A stretch of DNA of 64,000 nucleotides from positions 23,996 through 87,995 of the forward strand of contig DAOOQN010000001.1 in NCBI GenBank assembly GCA_035388785.1, read 5' to 3'. The first letter of the stretch is position 1. Each line of letters starts with the position of its first letter. This DNA is from a bacterium (lineage in GTDB: Bacteria; Patescibacteriota; Patescibacteriia; UBA2196). The notes beneath the pieces were generated by a model that saw only the letters and a list, made by a program, of their open reading frames with translations, had not been told where the DNA came from and made no database searches. Shown here one piece after another: positions 17,876 to 27,171 of this stretch. A program made the position numbers and the translations under genes.

Positions 17876-18313
17876 TTAAACTTCTTTTTCTTTGTTATCT
17901 TTTTTAATCACCCCCCAATGAAATAACCATAGTGGTAAACCGACCAAAATTAAAGAAACGGCAGTGGCGGCTTGACGTTGTCTTGTCCTAACTACCCAAG
18001 CATTGGTATCAACATTTTTCTGTTCTTTTTCCCATTTTTGGTATTCCAGCAACCAATTATCCACTTGTTCTTTTTGAGTTTGAGTTAACTCACATTTATC
18101 AGCACAAACTTTTACTTCCTGTGCAACCTTTATATCACTATTTAGATATAAAGGCATTGGCTGATTATTATAACTATCTATTTTATCGGCTTGGGTAAAA
18201 ATCCACGTCTTTAAACCCAAGTTAATAATCATAGATAGACCAATAACTAGCATAGCCAAACCAACCAAGGCAAAAAGGTATAAATAAATTGTACGGATGA
18301 TGGGGTTTTTCAT
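17876..18313 (-). CDS. Membrane protein (DUF5671-like)
   Basis: IRTIYLYLFALVGL...ILVGLPLWLFHW two-TM architecture. Confidence 0.6.
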   Translation of the reverse strand: MKNPIIRTIYLYLFALVGLAMLVIGLSMIINLGLKTWIFTQADKIDSYNNQPMPLYLNSDIKVAQEVKVCADKCELTQTQKEQVDNWLLEYQKWEKEQKNVDTNAWVVRTRQRQAATAVSLILVGLPLWLFHWGVIKKDNKEKEV

Positions 18314-18333
18314 AAAGTTTTAATTAATATTTT

Positions 18334-18738
18334 TTATTTTTTAAGTTGCAAATTATTTTTATATTCTTCTATTGCCTTTTCTAGTGCCTCTGTAGCTAAG
18401 ATTGAACAATGAACTTTAACCGCTGGCAAACCACCCAAAGCATCCGCCACATCCTGTTTGGTAACTTTTAAAGCTTCAGCTACAGTTTTTCCTTTAGCCA
18501 AATCTGTCAACATTGAAGTAGAAGCAATAGCTGCTCCACAACCCAAAGTTTCAAATTTTATATCTTCTATGATTCGTTGTTCAACGGGTTTATCCTTATC
18601 AGACTCACGAAATTTCAAATATAATTTCATAATATCGCCACACACCGGATTGCCAACTTGACCCATGGTGTCAGCATCAGGAATAACTCCCTGATTGTGC
18701 GGATTTTGAAAATGTTCCAAAACTATTGAACTATACAT
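18334..18738 (-). CDS. iscU: Fe-S scaffold IscU / NifU N-terminal
   Basis: HFQNPHN, GNPVCGDIM, GCGAAIAS, KVHCS. Confidence 0.95.
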   Translation of the reverse strand: MYSSIVLEHFQNPHNQGVIPDADTMGQVGNPVCGDIMKLYLKFRESDKDKPVEQRIIEDIKFETLGCGAAIASTSMLTDLAKGKTVAEALKVTKQDVADALGGLPAVKVHCSILATEALEKAIEEYKNNLQLKK

Positions 18739-18794
18739 ACAATTATAATTAATTTTATAATTTTATTATACCTAATAATGCTGACTTCCGCAAT

Positions 18795-18823
18795 TTGACA
18801 CTTAAGTTATAATTTGTTAGAAT
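18795..18823 (+). promoter_or_regulatory. Sigma70 promoter of rpmA
   Basis: TTGACA-17 nt-TAGAAT with TG extension. Confidence 0.75.
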
Positions 18824-18884
18824 AAAATAAATATTAATTTCACATTAGTGCGCTTAACAGCGTTTTAATGTTTCTATTTTTTAT

Positions 18885-19160
18885 ATGGCACATAGAAAAG
18901 CACAGGGCTCAACAAAATTGGGTCGCGATTCAATCTCCAAACGTTTGGGCGTTAAACTTTATGAAAATGAAAACGCCCCGGCCGGCGCCATCATCATCCG
19001 TCAACGTGGCACCAAATTTAATCCTGGTAAAAATGTCATGAAAGGTAAAGATGATACTTTATTTGCAGTTAAATCCGGCAAGGTTCATTTTTATCGCCGC
19101 AAAAAAACAACTTTTGCCGGCAAACTCAAATGGAAAAAGTTTGTTAGTGTGGTAGAATAA
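18885..19160 (+). CDS. rpmA: 50S ribosomal protein L27
   Basis: [39 protein letters not shown]. Confidence 0.98.
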   Translation: MAHRKAQGSTKLGRDSISKRLGVKLYENENAPAGAIIIRQRGTKFNPGKNVMKGKDDTLFAVKSGKVHFYRRKKTTFAGKLKWKKFVSVVE

Positions 19161-19175
19161 TAAAATTTAAATTTC

Positions 19176-19206
19176 AAAAGACGGCTTATTTATTTGGCCG
19201 TCTTTT
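19176..19206. terminator. Bidirectional terminator between rpmA and pyrG
   Basis: AAAAGACGGCT...GGCCGTCTTTT between convergent genes. Confidence 0.85.
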
Positions 19207-19211
19207 GTTTT

Positions 19212-20851
19212 TTATTTACTTATTTTATTTTTTCTCTTCAAACTGGCTTTGATAAAATCTTTAAACAACGGATGCGGATTAAGCGGCCGTGATTTAAACT
19301 CTGGATGAAACTGTACACCCACCATCCACGGATGATTTTTTACCTCTACAATTTCTACCAATCCCCGCTCACGATTAAAACCAGTTACTTTTAAGCCAGC
19401 TGCTTCCAATCTTTTTTTATAATCATTATTAAACTCATAACGATGACGGTGCCGTTCAAAAATTATTTTTTCCAAATAAGCTTTGTAACTTAAGGAATCT
19501 ATTTCCAAGTTGGCTTTATAAGAACCTAAACGCATGGTGCCACCGTAATTTTTTTCTGCAATGTTTTTCTTTTGCTCTTCCATGGTCGCAATAACTGGAT
19601 TGGTTGTATTGTGATCCAGCTCAGTCGAATTGGCTTTTTTTAATTTTAAAACATTGCGCGCAAATTCAATGGTCATAATTTGCATACCCAAACACAAACC
19701 AAAATATGGAATTTTATTTTCTCTGGCATAACGAGCTGCCAAAATCATGCCTTCTGTGCCTCGCTTACCAAAACCTCCCGGTACGATTATGCCATCAACG
19801 TTTTTAAGCTCTTTTAATTTTTTATTATTATTTTCATATTCCTCTGCATCTAACCATAAAATTTCTGGTTTAACATTATTAAACCAACACGCGTGGTTGA
19901 TGGCTTCAATTACAGAAATATAAGTATCACGACATGATTTAAAATTAAAATACTTACCCACAATACCAATGGTGATTTTTTTGTTTATCTTTTTAATTTT
20001 TAAAGCTAACTTTTTCCAATCTTCAAGTTTTTGTGTTCTGGCTTTCAAACCCATAGTCTGCAACATCACCTGACCCAAATTTTCTTTTTCAAAATTAATT
20101 GGCACATCATAAATTGAATAAACATCTGGTGCCGAAATAATACGCTCGCGTGGTAGGCTACAGACCGTGCTAATAGTATTTTTAATGTTTTCTTTAACCG
20201 TTTTATCGGCCCGACATAAAATAAAATCCGGCATAATACCAGCTGAATTAAGTGTCCGGATGGCATACTGCGTTGGTTTGGACTTTTGTTCACCCAAAAT
20301 GATCGGGGTTGGCAAATAGCTAACCAAGACAAAAAACACATCAGCCGGATTTTTTACCTTTAGCATGCGAGCGGCTTCCAAAAATAACAAAACCTGATAT
20401 TCGCCTACCGTACCACCAATCTCCACTACTGTCACTTCAGATTTATTTTTTCTTTGACAAACCTCTATACGCCGAATTATTTCATTGGGAATATCTGGTA
20501 CCACCTCTACATCCTCACCGTCATATTCCAAATTTCTTTCACGCCGTATAACCTCTTGGTAAACTTGACCGGTGGTAATATAGTTATCACGTGTACAAAT
20601 TTGATCAGTAAACCTTTCATAATTACCCAGATCTTGGTCAGCTTCCACTCCATCTTCACCCACAAAAACTTCGCCATGTTCGGCTGGTCGGATGGTACCA
20701 GCATCCACATTTACATACATATCACATTTTATACTGGCAATTCTAAAACCTTTTGATTGTAAAATTTTTGCCAACGAAGCGGCTGCTACACCCTTACCGA
20801 CTGATGACATCACGCCGCCAACCACAAAAATATATTTTTTACTTTGCGCAT
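19212..20851 (-). CDS. pyrG: CTP synthase (the upstream ATG at 20851 is one base out of frame)
   Basis: KYIFVVGGVMSSVGKG, HGEVFV, EIGGTVG, GLCLGMQ, ERHRHRYE, QFHPEF. Confidence 0.95.
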
Positions 20852-20865
20852 AAAAAATTATTTTT

Positions 20866-20886
20866 AAAAAACCGCTTAAATGCGGT
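20866..20886 (-). terminator. Terminator-like hairpin between rplI and pyrG
   Basis: ACCGC-atttaa-GCGGT-TTTTT on the minus strand. Confidence 0.5.
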
Positions 20887-20894
20887 AACGGTTT

Positions 20895-21353
20895 TTAAGA
20901 CTTAGATTCAGTCAAAGCGGTCACCAAAATCTTTAAAAAAATATTTTGGCCAGCCACAACTAATTCAATGTTGTGAGTACCAATTTCTTTTATATGTTCT
21001 TTAATTTTTAAATCTTTGGGATCAAAAACTAAACCAAATTCTTTTTTTATAGCCCCAACCACTTCTTCAACTGAAATTGCAGCAAATAGGTGCCCCTTTT
21101 CAGAAGCCCTTTTTTCAATATGAATCATTTGATTGTTAATTTTTGCCGCCACTTTGTGTGACTTTGTTTTAATCTTTTTCTCGTGAGTCTGATTTTTTTT
21201 CTTGTTTATTTGCACCTGTTTTATTTTCTCACTAGTCGCCACTTCAGCCAATTTTTGTGGTAATAAAAAATTAAACGCATAACCAGCATTAACTTCTTTG
21301 ACATCATTCTTTTTGGCTACATTTTTTATGTCTTGTAAAAATATTACTTTCAT
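20895..21353 (-). CDS. rplI: 50S ribosomal protein L9
   Basis: MKVIFLQDI, VNAGYAFNFLLPQKLA, GHLFAAI, IKEIGTH. Confidence 0.95.
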   Translation of the reverse strand: MKVIFLQDIKNVAKKNDVKEVNAGYAFNFLLPQKLAEVATSEKIKQVQINKKKNQTHEKKIKTKSHKVAAKINNQMIHIEKRASEKGHLFAAISVEEVVGAIKKEFGLVFDPKDLKIKEHIKEIGTHNIELVVAGQNIFLKILVTALTESKS

Positions 21354-21369
21354 AATGTTTTTTAAAAAA

Positions 21370-22659
21370 TTATTGCGTCAACAATTCTAATGCTTTTTCC
21401 AACTGTGGATCTTTATCATTATTAAAATCTTCCTCAGTCAATTCAACCACTACATCTGGCGTAATACCTTGTTTGTCAATCGTTGTACCATTGGGCGTTA
21501 ACCAGCGCGCGATCGTCAATTTGACTGCCGAACCATCTGGTAGATCTTCCAAATTCTGAACTGAACCTTTGCCAAAACTTTGTTCACCCACAATAGTCGC
21601 CAATTGATGGTCCTTTAAAGCGCCAGCCACAATTTCTGAGGCTGAGGCTGAACCCTTATTAATTAAAACCACGGTTTTATAATTTTTTAACTCGGCCTGA
21701 CCGTTGGCCAAATGCTGAGTTTGTTTGTCATCAAAAAACTTTTCTACCACAATGGTTTTCCCCACACTCACCCAGTGCGAACCAACACTAATGGCTTGAT
21801 CTATGTAACCACCTGGATTACCCCGTAAATCCAAAATAATACCCTGTGGGTTTTGAGTTAAAATTTCATTAATCGCTGCAACTAAACGGCTATCAGTATC
21901 TTCATTAAAATTTGATAATTTAATAACAGCAATTTTTTTATTGTTTTTTTCTTCCATTTTCCACGACGCAGAAATAATCTTAATTGTATCACGAATAATA
22001 ACAATTTTTTTCTGTTCCAAAGCATCCCCACGCGCAATAGTTAAAACCACCTGGGTCCCCTTGGGACCACGAATCTTTTGCACCGCCTGACTAGCATCAA
22101 GACCAGTCGTGGTCAAATCATCAATTAAAATAATTTTATCACCCGCTTTAAGTCCGGCTTTTTCAGCCGGTGATTCCGGCAGGGGTGACACAACAGTCAG
22201 TTGATTATTTTTGACAGCAATTTCGGCGCCAATACCTTCAAAATGTCCCTGCAACTCAGCTTGAAATTCCTTTGAGATTTGTGGCTCTAAAAACATAGAA
22301 TACGGGTCTCCTAATGCCGCCACCAAACCCATCATGGCACCATAGAAAAGTTTTGTCTCAGGCACCGGCCGCTCAATGTATTCATTTTGAATTTTACTCC
22401 ACACCTGCCAAAAGATATCAAAATTGACATCTTTCTTTAAATATTCTGGCAGTTGTTCTTTATCCAACACTTGACCAAATTGGGTATTGGCTGAAGTCTC
22501 AGGCACCTGTGTTGTAATGGTGCTTTTACCAACTTTACGACCAAAACTAAAAGCCATAAAGACAATCACACCGATCAAAATAACAATTATAAAACGCAAC
22601 AACCAGCCTTGCTTTGAATTAGCTTGTTTAACTTCGTCATGCAATTGCGGATAATCCAT
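21370..22659 (-). CDS. ctpA: Carboxyl-terminal processing protease (S41, PDZ)
   Basis: GDPYS, FEGIGAEI, LDLRGNPGG, SASASEIVAGAL, FGKGSVQ. Confidence 0.95.
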   Translation of the reverse strand: MDYPQLHDEVKQANSKQGWLLRFIIVILIGVIVFMAFSFGRKVGKSTITTQVPETSANTQFGQVLDKEQLPEYLKKDVNFDIFWQVWSKIQNEYIERPVPETKLFYGAMMGLVAALGDPYSMFLEPQISKEFQAELQGHFEGIGAEIAVKNNQLTVVSPLPESPAEKAGLKAGDKIILIDDLTTTGLDASQAVQKIRGPKGTQVVLTIARGDALEQKKIVIIRDTIKIISASWKMEEKNNKKIAVIKLSNFNEDTDSRLVAAINEILTQNPQGIILDLRGNPGGYIDQAISVGSHWVSVGKTIVVEKFFDDKQTQHLANGQAELKNYKTVVLINKGSASASEIVAGALKDHQLATIVGEQSFGKGSVQNLEDLPDGSAVKLTIARWLTPNGTTIDKQGITPDVVVELTEEDFNNDKDPQLEKALELLTQ

Positions 22660-22721
22660 ATATAAAAAATAAAATGCTTTTTAAGCTTAGCACTTTTCTA
22701 TTATAACACAATTTAAAAAGA

Positions 22722-22755
22722 AACAAAAAAATTGATTTTTAATCAATTTTTTGTT
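22722..22755. promoter_or_regulatory. AT-rich near-perfect inverted repeat between divergent genes
   Basis: AACAAAAAAATTGATT-ttt-AATCAATTTTTTGTT. Confidence 0.4.
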
Positions 22756-22795
22756 AACATTAAAATTAATATCTAAACAATTTTAATCAACCACT

Positions 22796-24151
22796 ATGAC
22801 TCTTTTTCGTCGTCGCATTATTTATATTATCTTTTTTTTGGTCTTTTTTGTCACCGCACCGTTGGTATTAATTTGGGCTCAAGGCTATAAATTTAATTGG
22901 CAACAAAAAACTTGGCAAAAAACCGGAGTTTTATTTTTGGAATCAAAACCTGACACTGCAGATATTTATCTCAACGGAACACTGTTACCTGAAAAAACCA
23001 CTGCTCGTTTAAAAAACTTAACTCCAGGTGAATATCACATTGAAGTCAAAAAACAAGACTACCTACCCTGGACCAAAGATCTGCACATTTTCCCTGGTGA
23101 GACGGCCTTTGCCCAATATATTCGTCTCTTTAAAACTGACCCGGCGACAAAAATTTTACTAAAAGCCAAAATTAAGACTTTTTCTAACCTAAAAAATAAT
23201 CGTTTAGCTTTTTCCGCCACCAGTGAAACAGACAATAAAAAAGAAGTTTTCTTATTTGATGCCGAAGATGGATCTTTAAAAAACGTAAAAATAAACAGCA
23301 CGGAAATTGATAGTATTATTCTTAATGAATCCGGCAACCAAGCACTCATAAAAAATACATCCAATGTCTGGTATTGGGTTGATTTTTCCAACCAACAAAC
23401 TCTCAATATTAGTACCTGGGCGTCAGAAAACTACAAAAAAATTATCTTTGACCCACAAAATCCCTTAACCCTGCTTGGCTTGTCTCGTTTTGGCATTGAT
23501 AAAATTATAATTCCCAATCAAGTCATCCTTAAAATAATCTCCGGTAACAACATTGTTGATTTTGAGATTGTCTCTACTGGTGATGTCTATTATCTAAAAG
23601 AAAAAAATAATGCGGTCGAGTTAAATTTATTTTCATCTTTAAACTCCAATCAAGAAACACTAATCAGCTCACTGCCCTGGTCTGACAATTATCAAATTTA
23701 TCCATCACCAACAAATATCATAAACTTGATTGATCAAAAAAATCAGCTACTCTATATATTTGACTTGCAACAAAAAATTTTTAGCACCCCAAAAACAATA
23801 ATTCCAGGTGTTAATTTTATTACCTGGAATCAAGATCAAGACTCTTTTCTCTTTGGCAATGCTTATGAAATCTGGATCTGGGAAACTGCCAAAAAAGACG
23901 ACCCCAAACAACTCATCACACGACTAGGTTCAAAAATTAAAGACGTACTGTGGTATCCCATACCCACACATATCATATATCTCACTGCCGACGAACTAGT
24001 CATTAACGAACTGGTGATGATTAATTATCGTCGTGAAATTACTAGTTTTACTAAATTCAAAAAAGCTGATCGCCTGCTTATTAACAGTAAGGGTAATAAT
24101 CTTTATTGGTTTGATTCAACTGAGGGTCTTTTTGTTAGTCAGATACAATAA
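22796..24151 (+). CDS. PEGA domain-containing membrane-anchored protein with propeller-like C-terminus
   Basis: N-terminal TM, QGYKFN..QKTGVLFLESKP..ADIYLNG..LTPGEYHIEVKKQDYLPW. Confidence 0.8.
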   Translation: MTLFRRRIIYIIFFLVFFVTAPLVLIWAQGYKFNWQQKTWQKTGVLFLESKPDTADIYLNGTLLPEKTTARLKNLTPGEYHIEVKKQDYLPWTKDLHIFPGETAFAQYIRLFKTDPATKILLKAKIKTFSNLKNNRLAFSATSETDNKKEVFLFDAEDGSLKNVKINSTEIDSIILNESGNQALIKNTSNVWYWVDFSNQQTLNISTWASENYKKIIFDPQNPLTLLGLSRFGIDKIIIPNQVILKIISGNNIVDFEIVSTGDVYYLKEKNNAVELNLFSSLNSNQETLISSLPWSDNYQIYPSPTNIINLIDQKNQLLYIFDLQQKIFSTPKTIIPGVNFITWNQDQDSFLFGNAYEIWIWETAKKDDPKQLITRLGSKIKDVLWYPIPTHIIYLTADELVINELVMINYRREITSFTKFKKADRLLINSKGNNLYWFDSTEGLFVSQIQ

Positions 24152-24571
24152 CTAGCCAATTTGGCTTCTAATTTTTTCTGCTGTATTCTCCAAGCTATCT
24201 TTACTTTCACTTTTTACAATTGATTGTATAGCTCCACCACCATCGCCCTCAAAACGAGGTATAATGTGCACATGTAAATGTTCAATTTCTTGACCGGCCG
24301 TTTTCCAATGGTTGACTCCAATATTAAAACCAGTCGCTTTGATCTCAGAATTTTTTATCGCCAGAGCAATCTCACAAACTTTTTTATATAATTCTCCAAG
24401 TTCATCGGTCTTCAAATCAAACATAGTAGAAACATGTTTTTTAGGCACCACCATTGTGTGACCAAAAGACGAAGGATGAACATCCAAAAAAGCCAAAAAA
24501 ATATCATCCTCATAAACTTTGTATGCTGGAATTTTTCCAACTACAATGTTGCAAAAAAGACAATCTCCCAT
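24152..24571 (-). CDS. HIT family nucleotide hydrolase
   Basis: DCLFCNI, AFLDVHP, GHTMVVPKKH, HLHVHIIPR. Confidence 0.95.
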   Translation of the reverse strand: MGDCLFCNIVVGKIPAYKVYEDDIFLAFLDVHPSSFGHTMVVPKKHVSTMFDLKTDELGELYKKVCEIALAIKNSEIKATGFNIGVNHWKTAGQEIEHLHVHIIPRFEGDGGGAIQSIVKSESKDSLENTAEKIRSQIG

Positions 24572-24582
24572 AAAATTATTTT

Positions 24583-24765
24583 TTAATTAATATTTTTTAA
24601 ATCACACACAATCACCATAAAGCCAGAAAAAATAACGACTACTAAAATTATATTCGAATCAAAGTGATTAGAAACCAAGCCTTCTTTAATTAATTCTAAA
24701 GCGAAAAAAAAGAAAAAAACACCTATACTAATAATAAAAAATTCCTGAAAAAAATCTTTCATCAT
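24583..24765 (-). CDS. Small two-TM hypothetical protein
   Basis: 60 aa hydrophobic ORF, tightly packed in an operon. Confidence 0.6.
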   Translation of the reverse strand: MMKDFFQEFFIISIGVFFFFFALELIKEGLVSNHFDSNIILVVVIFSGFMVIVCDLKNIN

Positions 24766-24768
24766 ATT

Positions 24769-25353
24769 TTATCTTTCTATTTTTCTTAAATAATTTTTTA
24801 TCTGTTCTGTAGCGTTAGCAAAACTAAGTTGTTCTTTTTTAAAAACAATTTTAATCGTACCAATTACAATGCTTTGCTGGTTTTGTTCAATCGTGGGTGC
24901 GGAAATAAGCCAGCGCATCACCGGCGCACCTTGATAAACCTGACTTAAATCAAAATTGATTCTTGCCACCTGCCACTCACCTCTTTGTTCGGTTGGTAAA
25001 ATATCAACCAAAATCCACTGCCATTCGTTTTTAACAATTTGTGGTCCAATCTGAAATTTTTCATTGCCTAAATTTTTATATTTAATTTCCACTTCAGCTG
25101 TTTTAAAAACTTGTGGAGTACGCACATCAAAATAAACCGGACTCTTGGCCATTCTTTGCCAACACCCACCTTCTCCTTTTTCCACTGGCCACAATCTGTC
25201 ACCGGGAGAAAATTCTGTCAGCATACGACTTGTTGTGCAAAAATCATAGTTGACTGCTAAACTCTTGCCCGGTACAAAATCAAACCACAATAACCAAAAA
25301 GTTAAAATAATAAAAAATAAAATTAAAAATATTTTTACCAAACGCATAACCAT
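24769..25353 (-). CDS. Hypothetical membrane-anchored protein
   Basis: N-terminal TM plus beta-rich domain; operon packing. Confidence 0.6.
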   Translation of the reverse strand: MVMRLVKIFLILFFIILTFWLLWFDFVPGKSLAVNYDFCTTSRMLTEFSPGDRLWPVEKGEGGCWQRMAKSPVYFDVRTPQVFKTAEVEIKYKNLGNEKFQIGPQIVKNEWQWILVDILPTEQRGEWQVARINFDLSQVYQGAPVMRWLISAPTIEQNQQSIVIGTIKIVFKKEQLSFANATEQIKNYLRKIER

Positions 25354-25363
25354 AAAAAATAAA

Positions 25364-27049
25364 CTAATTATTTAAAACATAATATTCTGCCTTTTGCCGT
25401 ACGTTAAACAAAATTCCTCCACCTCTAACTTCTTGCTTATCATAAATTTCTAAATTATATGGATAAAATTTTGTTTGGTTTAAATATTCCAAATTAATTT
25501 CAGCTGGACGATATAAAAAATAAACATTCGTTATTTTTAAAAACTGGCTCATCGCCAAAAGTTCCGCTCCACCTTGCGGTACTACCACGTGTTGCCTTTC
25601 TGGAAAAACAACCTTATCATTAGATACATCCATCAAAATTATATCATTAGGTTGAGTTTTGGCTATCACATCTTGAGCTTGCAAACGATAACGTAAAAGA
25701 TTATCCTTTATGGCAATCAAATTTTCTTCGCCCTTAAAATAAACTAAATCAATAGCCACAGCGGTCAATACAAAAATTAAACCAATCAAAATAATTTTTT
25801 TATTTTTAATTTTTATAACTTCAGAAATTTTAATCAACAGCAAAGCAATGAATGGTAAAGCAAAGATAAATAGCGGTAAAAAATAACGAATATAAGACGA
25901 ACCAATACTGACTGAGCGCGGATTGAGACTATCCTGAAAAAACCACGAACCATAGTATGGCATCAAATATCCGGTAACTAAAAATAAATAAAAATATAAT
26001 TTTTGTCCACTGGTTTTTTTATTTTTAAAAAACACAATCATGCCGCCAATAAAAAATAAAATCCAAGGCCAAAAAAGTTGCCAAAAATATTTAGCAAAAA
26101 CGTGATTAACCATCACGCGGGGATGAAAACCAAACGGTAATAAAAGCGCTTGGGTTAAACCAATGGGTTGGATTTGCGCTAAATCTTCTAAATTGGAGCT
26201 TACCATCTGTGAATAACCACTGGCTAAATATGAACCATACAAAGTTTTATTATTATGTAAAACTGGCACACCGCATAAACAAAAAAATAAAAAACTAAGC
26301 GTTAAATATGTTAAATTAAATTTTAAATTTTGGCGATAAAAAATTAAAATACCAAACACCATCAAAAAGACCCACACAAACTCGGATGAACGCGTAATTA
26401 AAGCGCCACCCATGCACAAACCACCCATCACAGCAAAAAATAGTTTGCGTTTTGATTTTAATTTGTACTCACCCAACGGATCTGTCTGTAATAAATTAAC
26501 TAAAAAATAAAGCCCTGCCAAAAGCAAGGTTAAAAATAAAACATTATGGAACAGTGTGCGCGAAGCATAATACCAAAAACCCGGAAATACAAACATCAAA
26601 ACAGCTGACACAAAAGCTGTTTTTTTTTCAAACCACAATTTAAGCAATAAATAAAAAAATACAACACCCAGCACAGCAAAAAACGGCGTTAAGAAAAGAA
26701 TGCTCCAGGTACTAAAAATTTTTGCCAGTGTACCATAAATCAACATTAATCCCTGAAAAGTTCCTGGCACCACTTTTTCTTGCACTGGCTTGGCCCAACG
26801 CGGAAACACCACACCATCCGCCATTAAATTATATGGTTCCACATAATACAGCTGGTCGGTTTCTTTATACAGTTTAGTAAAATAATAGTTGGTCACCTCA
26901 TCTGGTGTGTTGAATTTAAAACCAACCTGACTAAACGGCACTTCACTTTTTATAATCTGTGCTAAAGGCAAAAAAGAATAAAATACAAAAAACACACCAG
27001 CTAAAATTGACAAAACAATGATTTCTTTGTTTTTATTTAATGTCTTCAT
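25364..27049 (-). CDS. GT-C fold (ArnT/PMT-like) membrane glycosyltransferase
   Basis: TPDE acidic motif in the first external loop, many TM helices, RYFLP. Confidence 0.7.
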   Translation of the reverse strand: MKTLNKNKEIIVLSILAGVFFVFYSFLPLAQIIKSEVPFSQVGFKFNTPDEVTNYYFTKLYKETDQLYYVEPYNLMADGVVFPRWAKPVQEKVVPGTFQGLMLIYGTLAKIFSTWSILFLTPFFAVLGVVFFYLLLKLWFEKKTAFVSAVLMFVFPGFWYYASRTLFHNVLFLTLLLAGLYFLVNLLQTDPLGEYKLKSKRKLFFAVMGGLCMGGALITRSSEFVWVFLMVFGILIFYRQNLKFNLTYLTLSFLFFCLCGVPVLHNNKTLYGSYLASGYSQMVSSNLEDLAQIQPIGLTQALLLPFGFHPRVMVNHVFAKYFWQLFWPWILFFIGGMIVFFKNKKTSGQKLYFYLFLVTGYLMPYYGSWFFQDSLNPRSVSIGSSYIRYFLPLFIFALPFIALLLIKISEVIKIKNKKIILIGLIFVLTAVAIDLVYFKGEENLIAIKDNLLRYRLQAQDVIAKTQPNDIILMDVSNDKVVFPERQHVVVPQGGAELLAMSQFLKITNVYFLYRPAEINLEYLNQTKFYPYNLEIYDKQEVRGGGILFNVRQKAEYYVLNN

Positions 27050-27171
27050 GGTTGTATTATAACATTTAAACTCGACAAAATAAAAAGGCCTATTTTATTT
27101 AATTTATTACCCCCTACGGATTACTGTTATTTGCCTTTCATAATTTTTTAAAGTATGATTAGCATATAAAT

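Noticed and set aside
22732-22746. FNR box
   Set aside because: TTGAT and ATCAA are separated by 5 nt rather than the required 4
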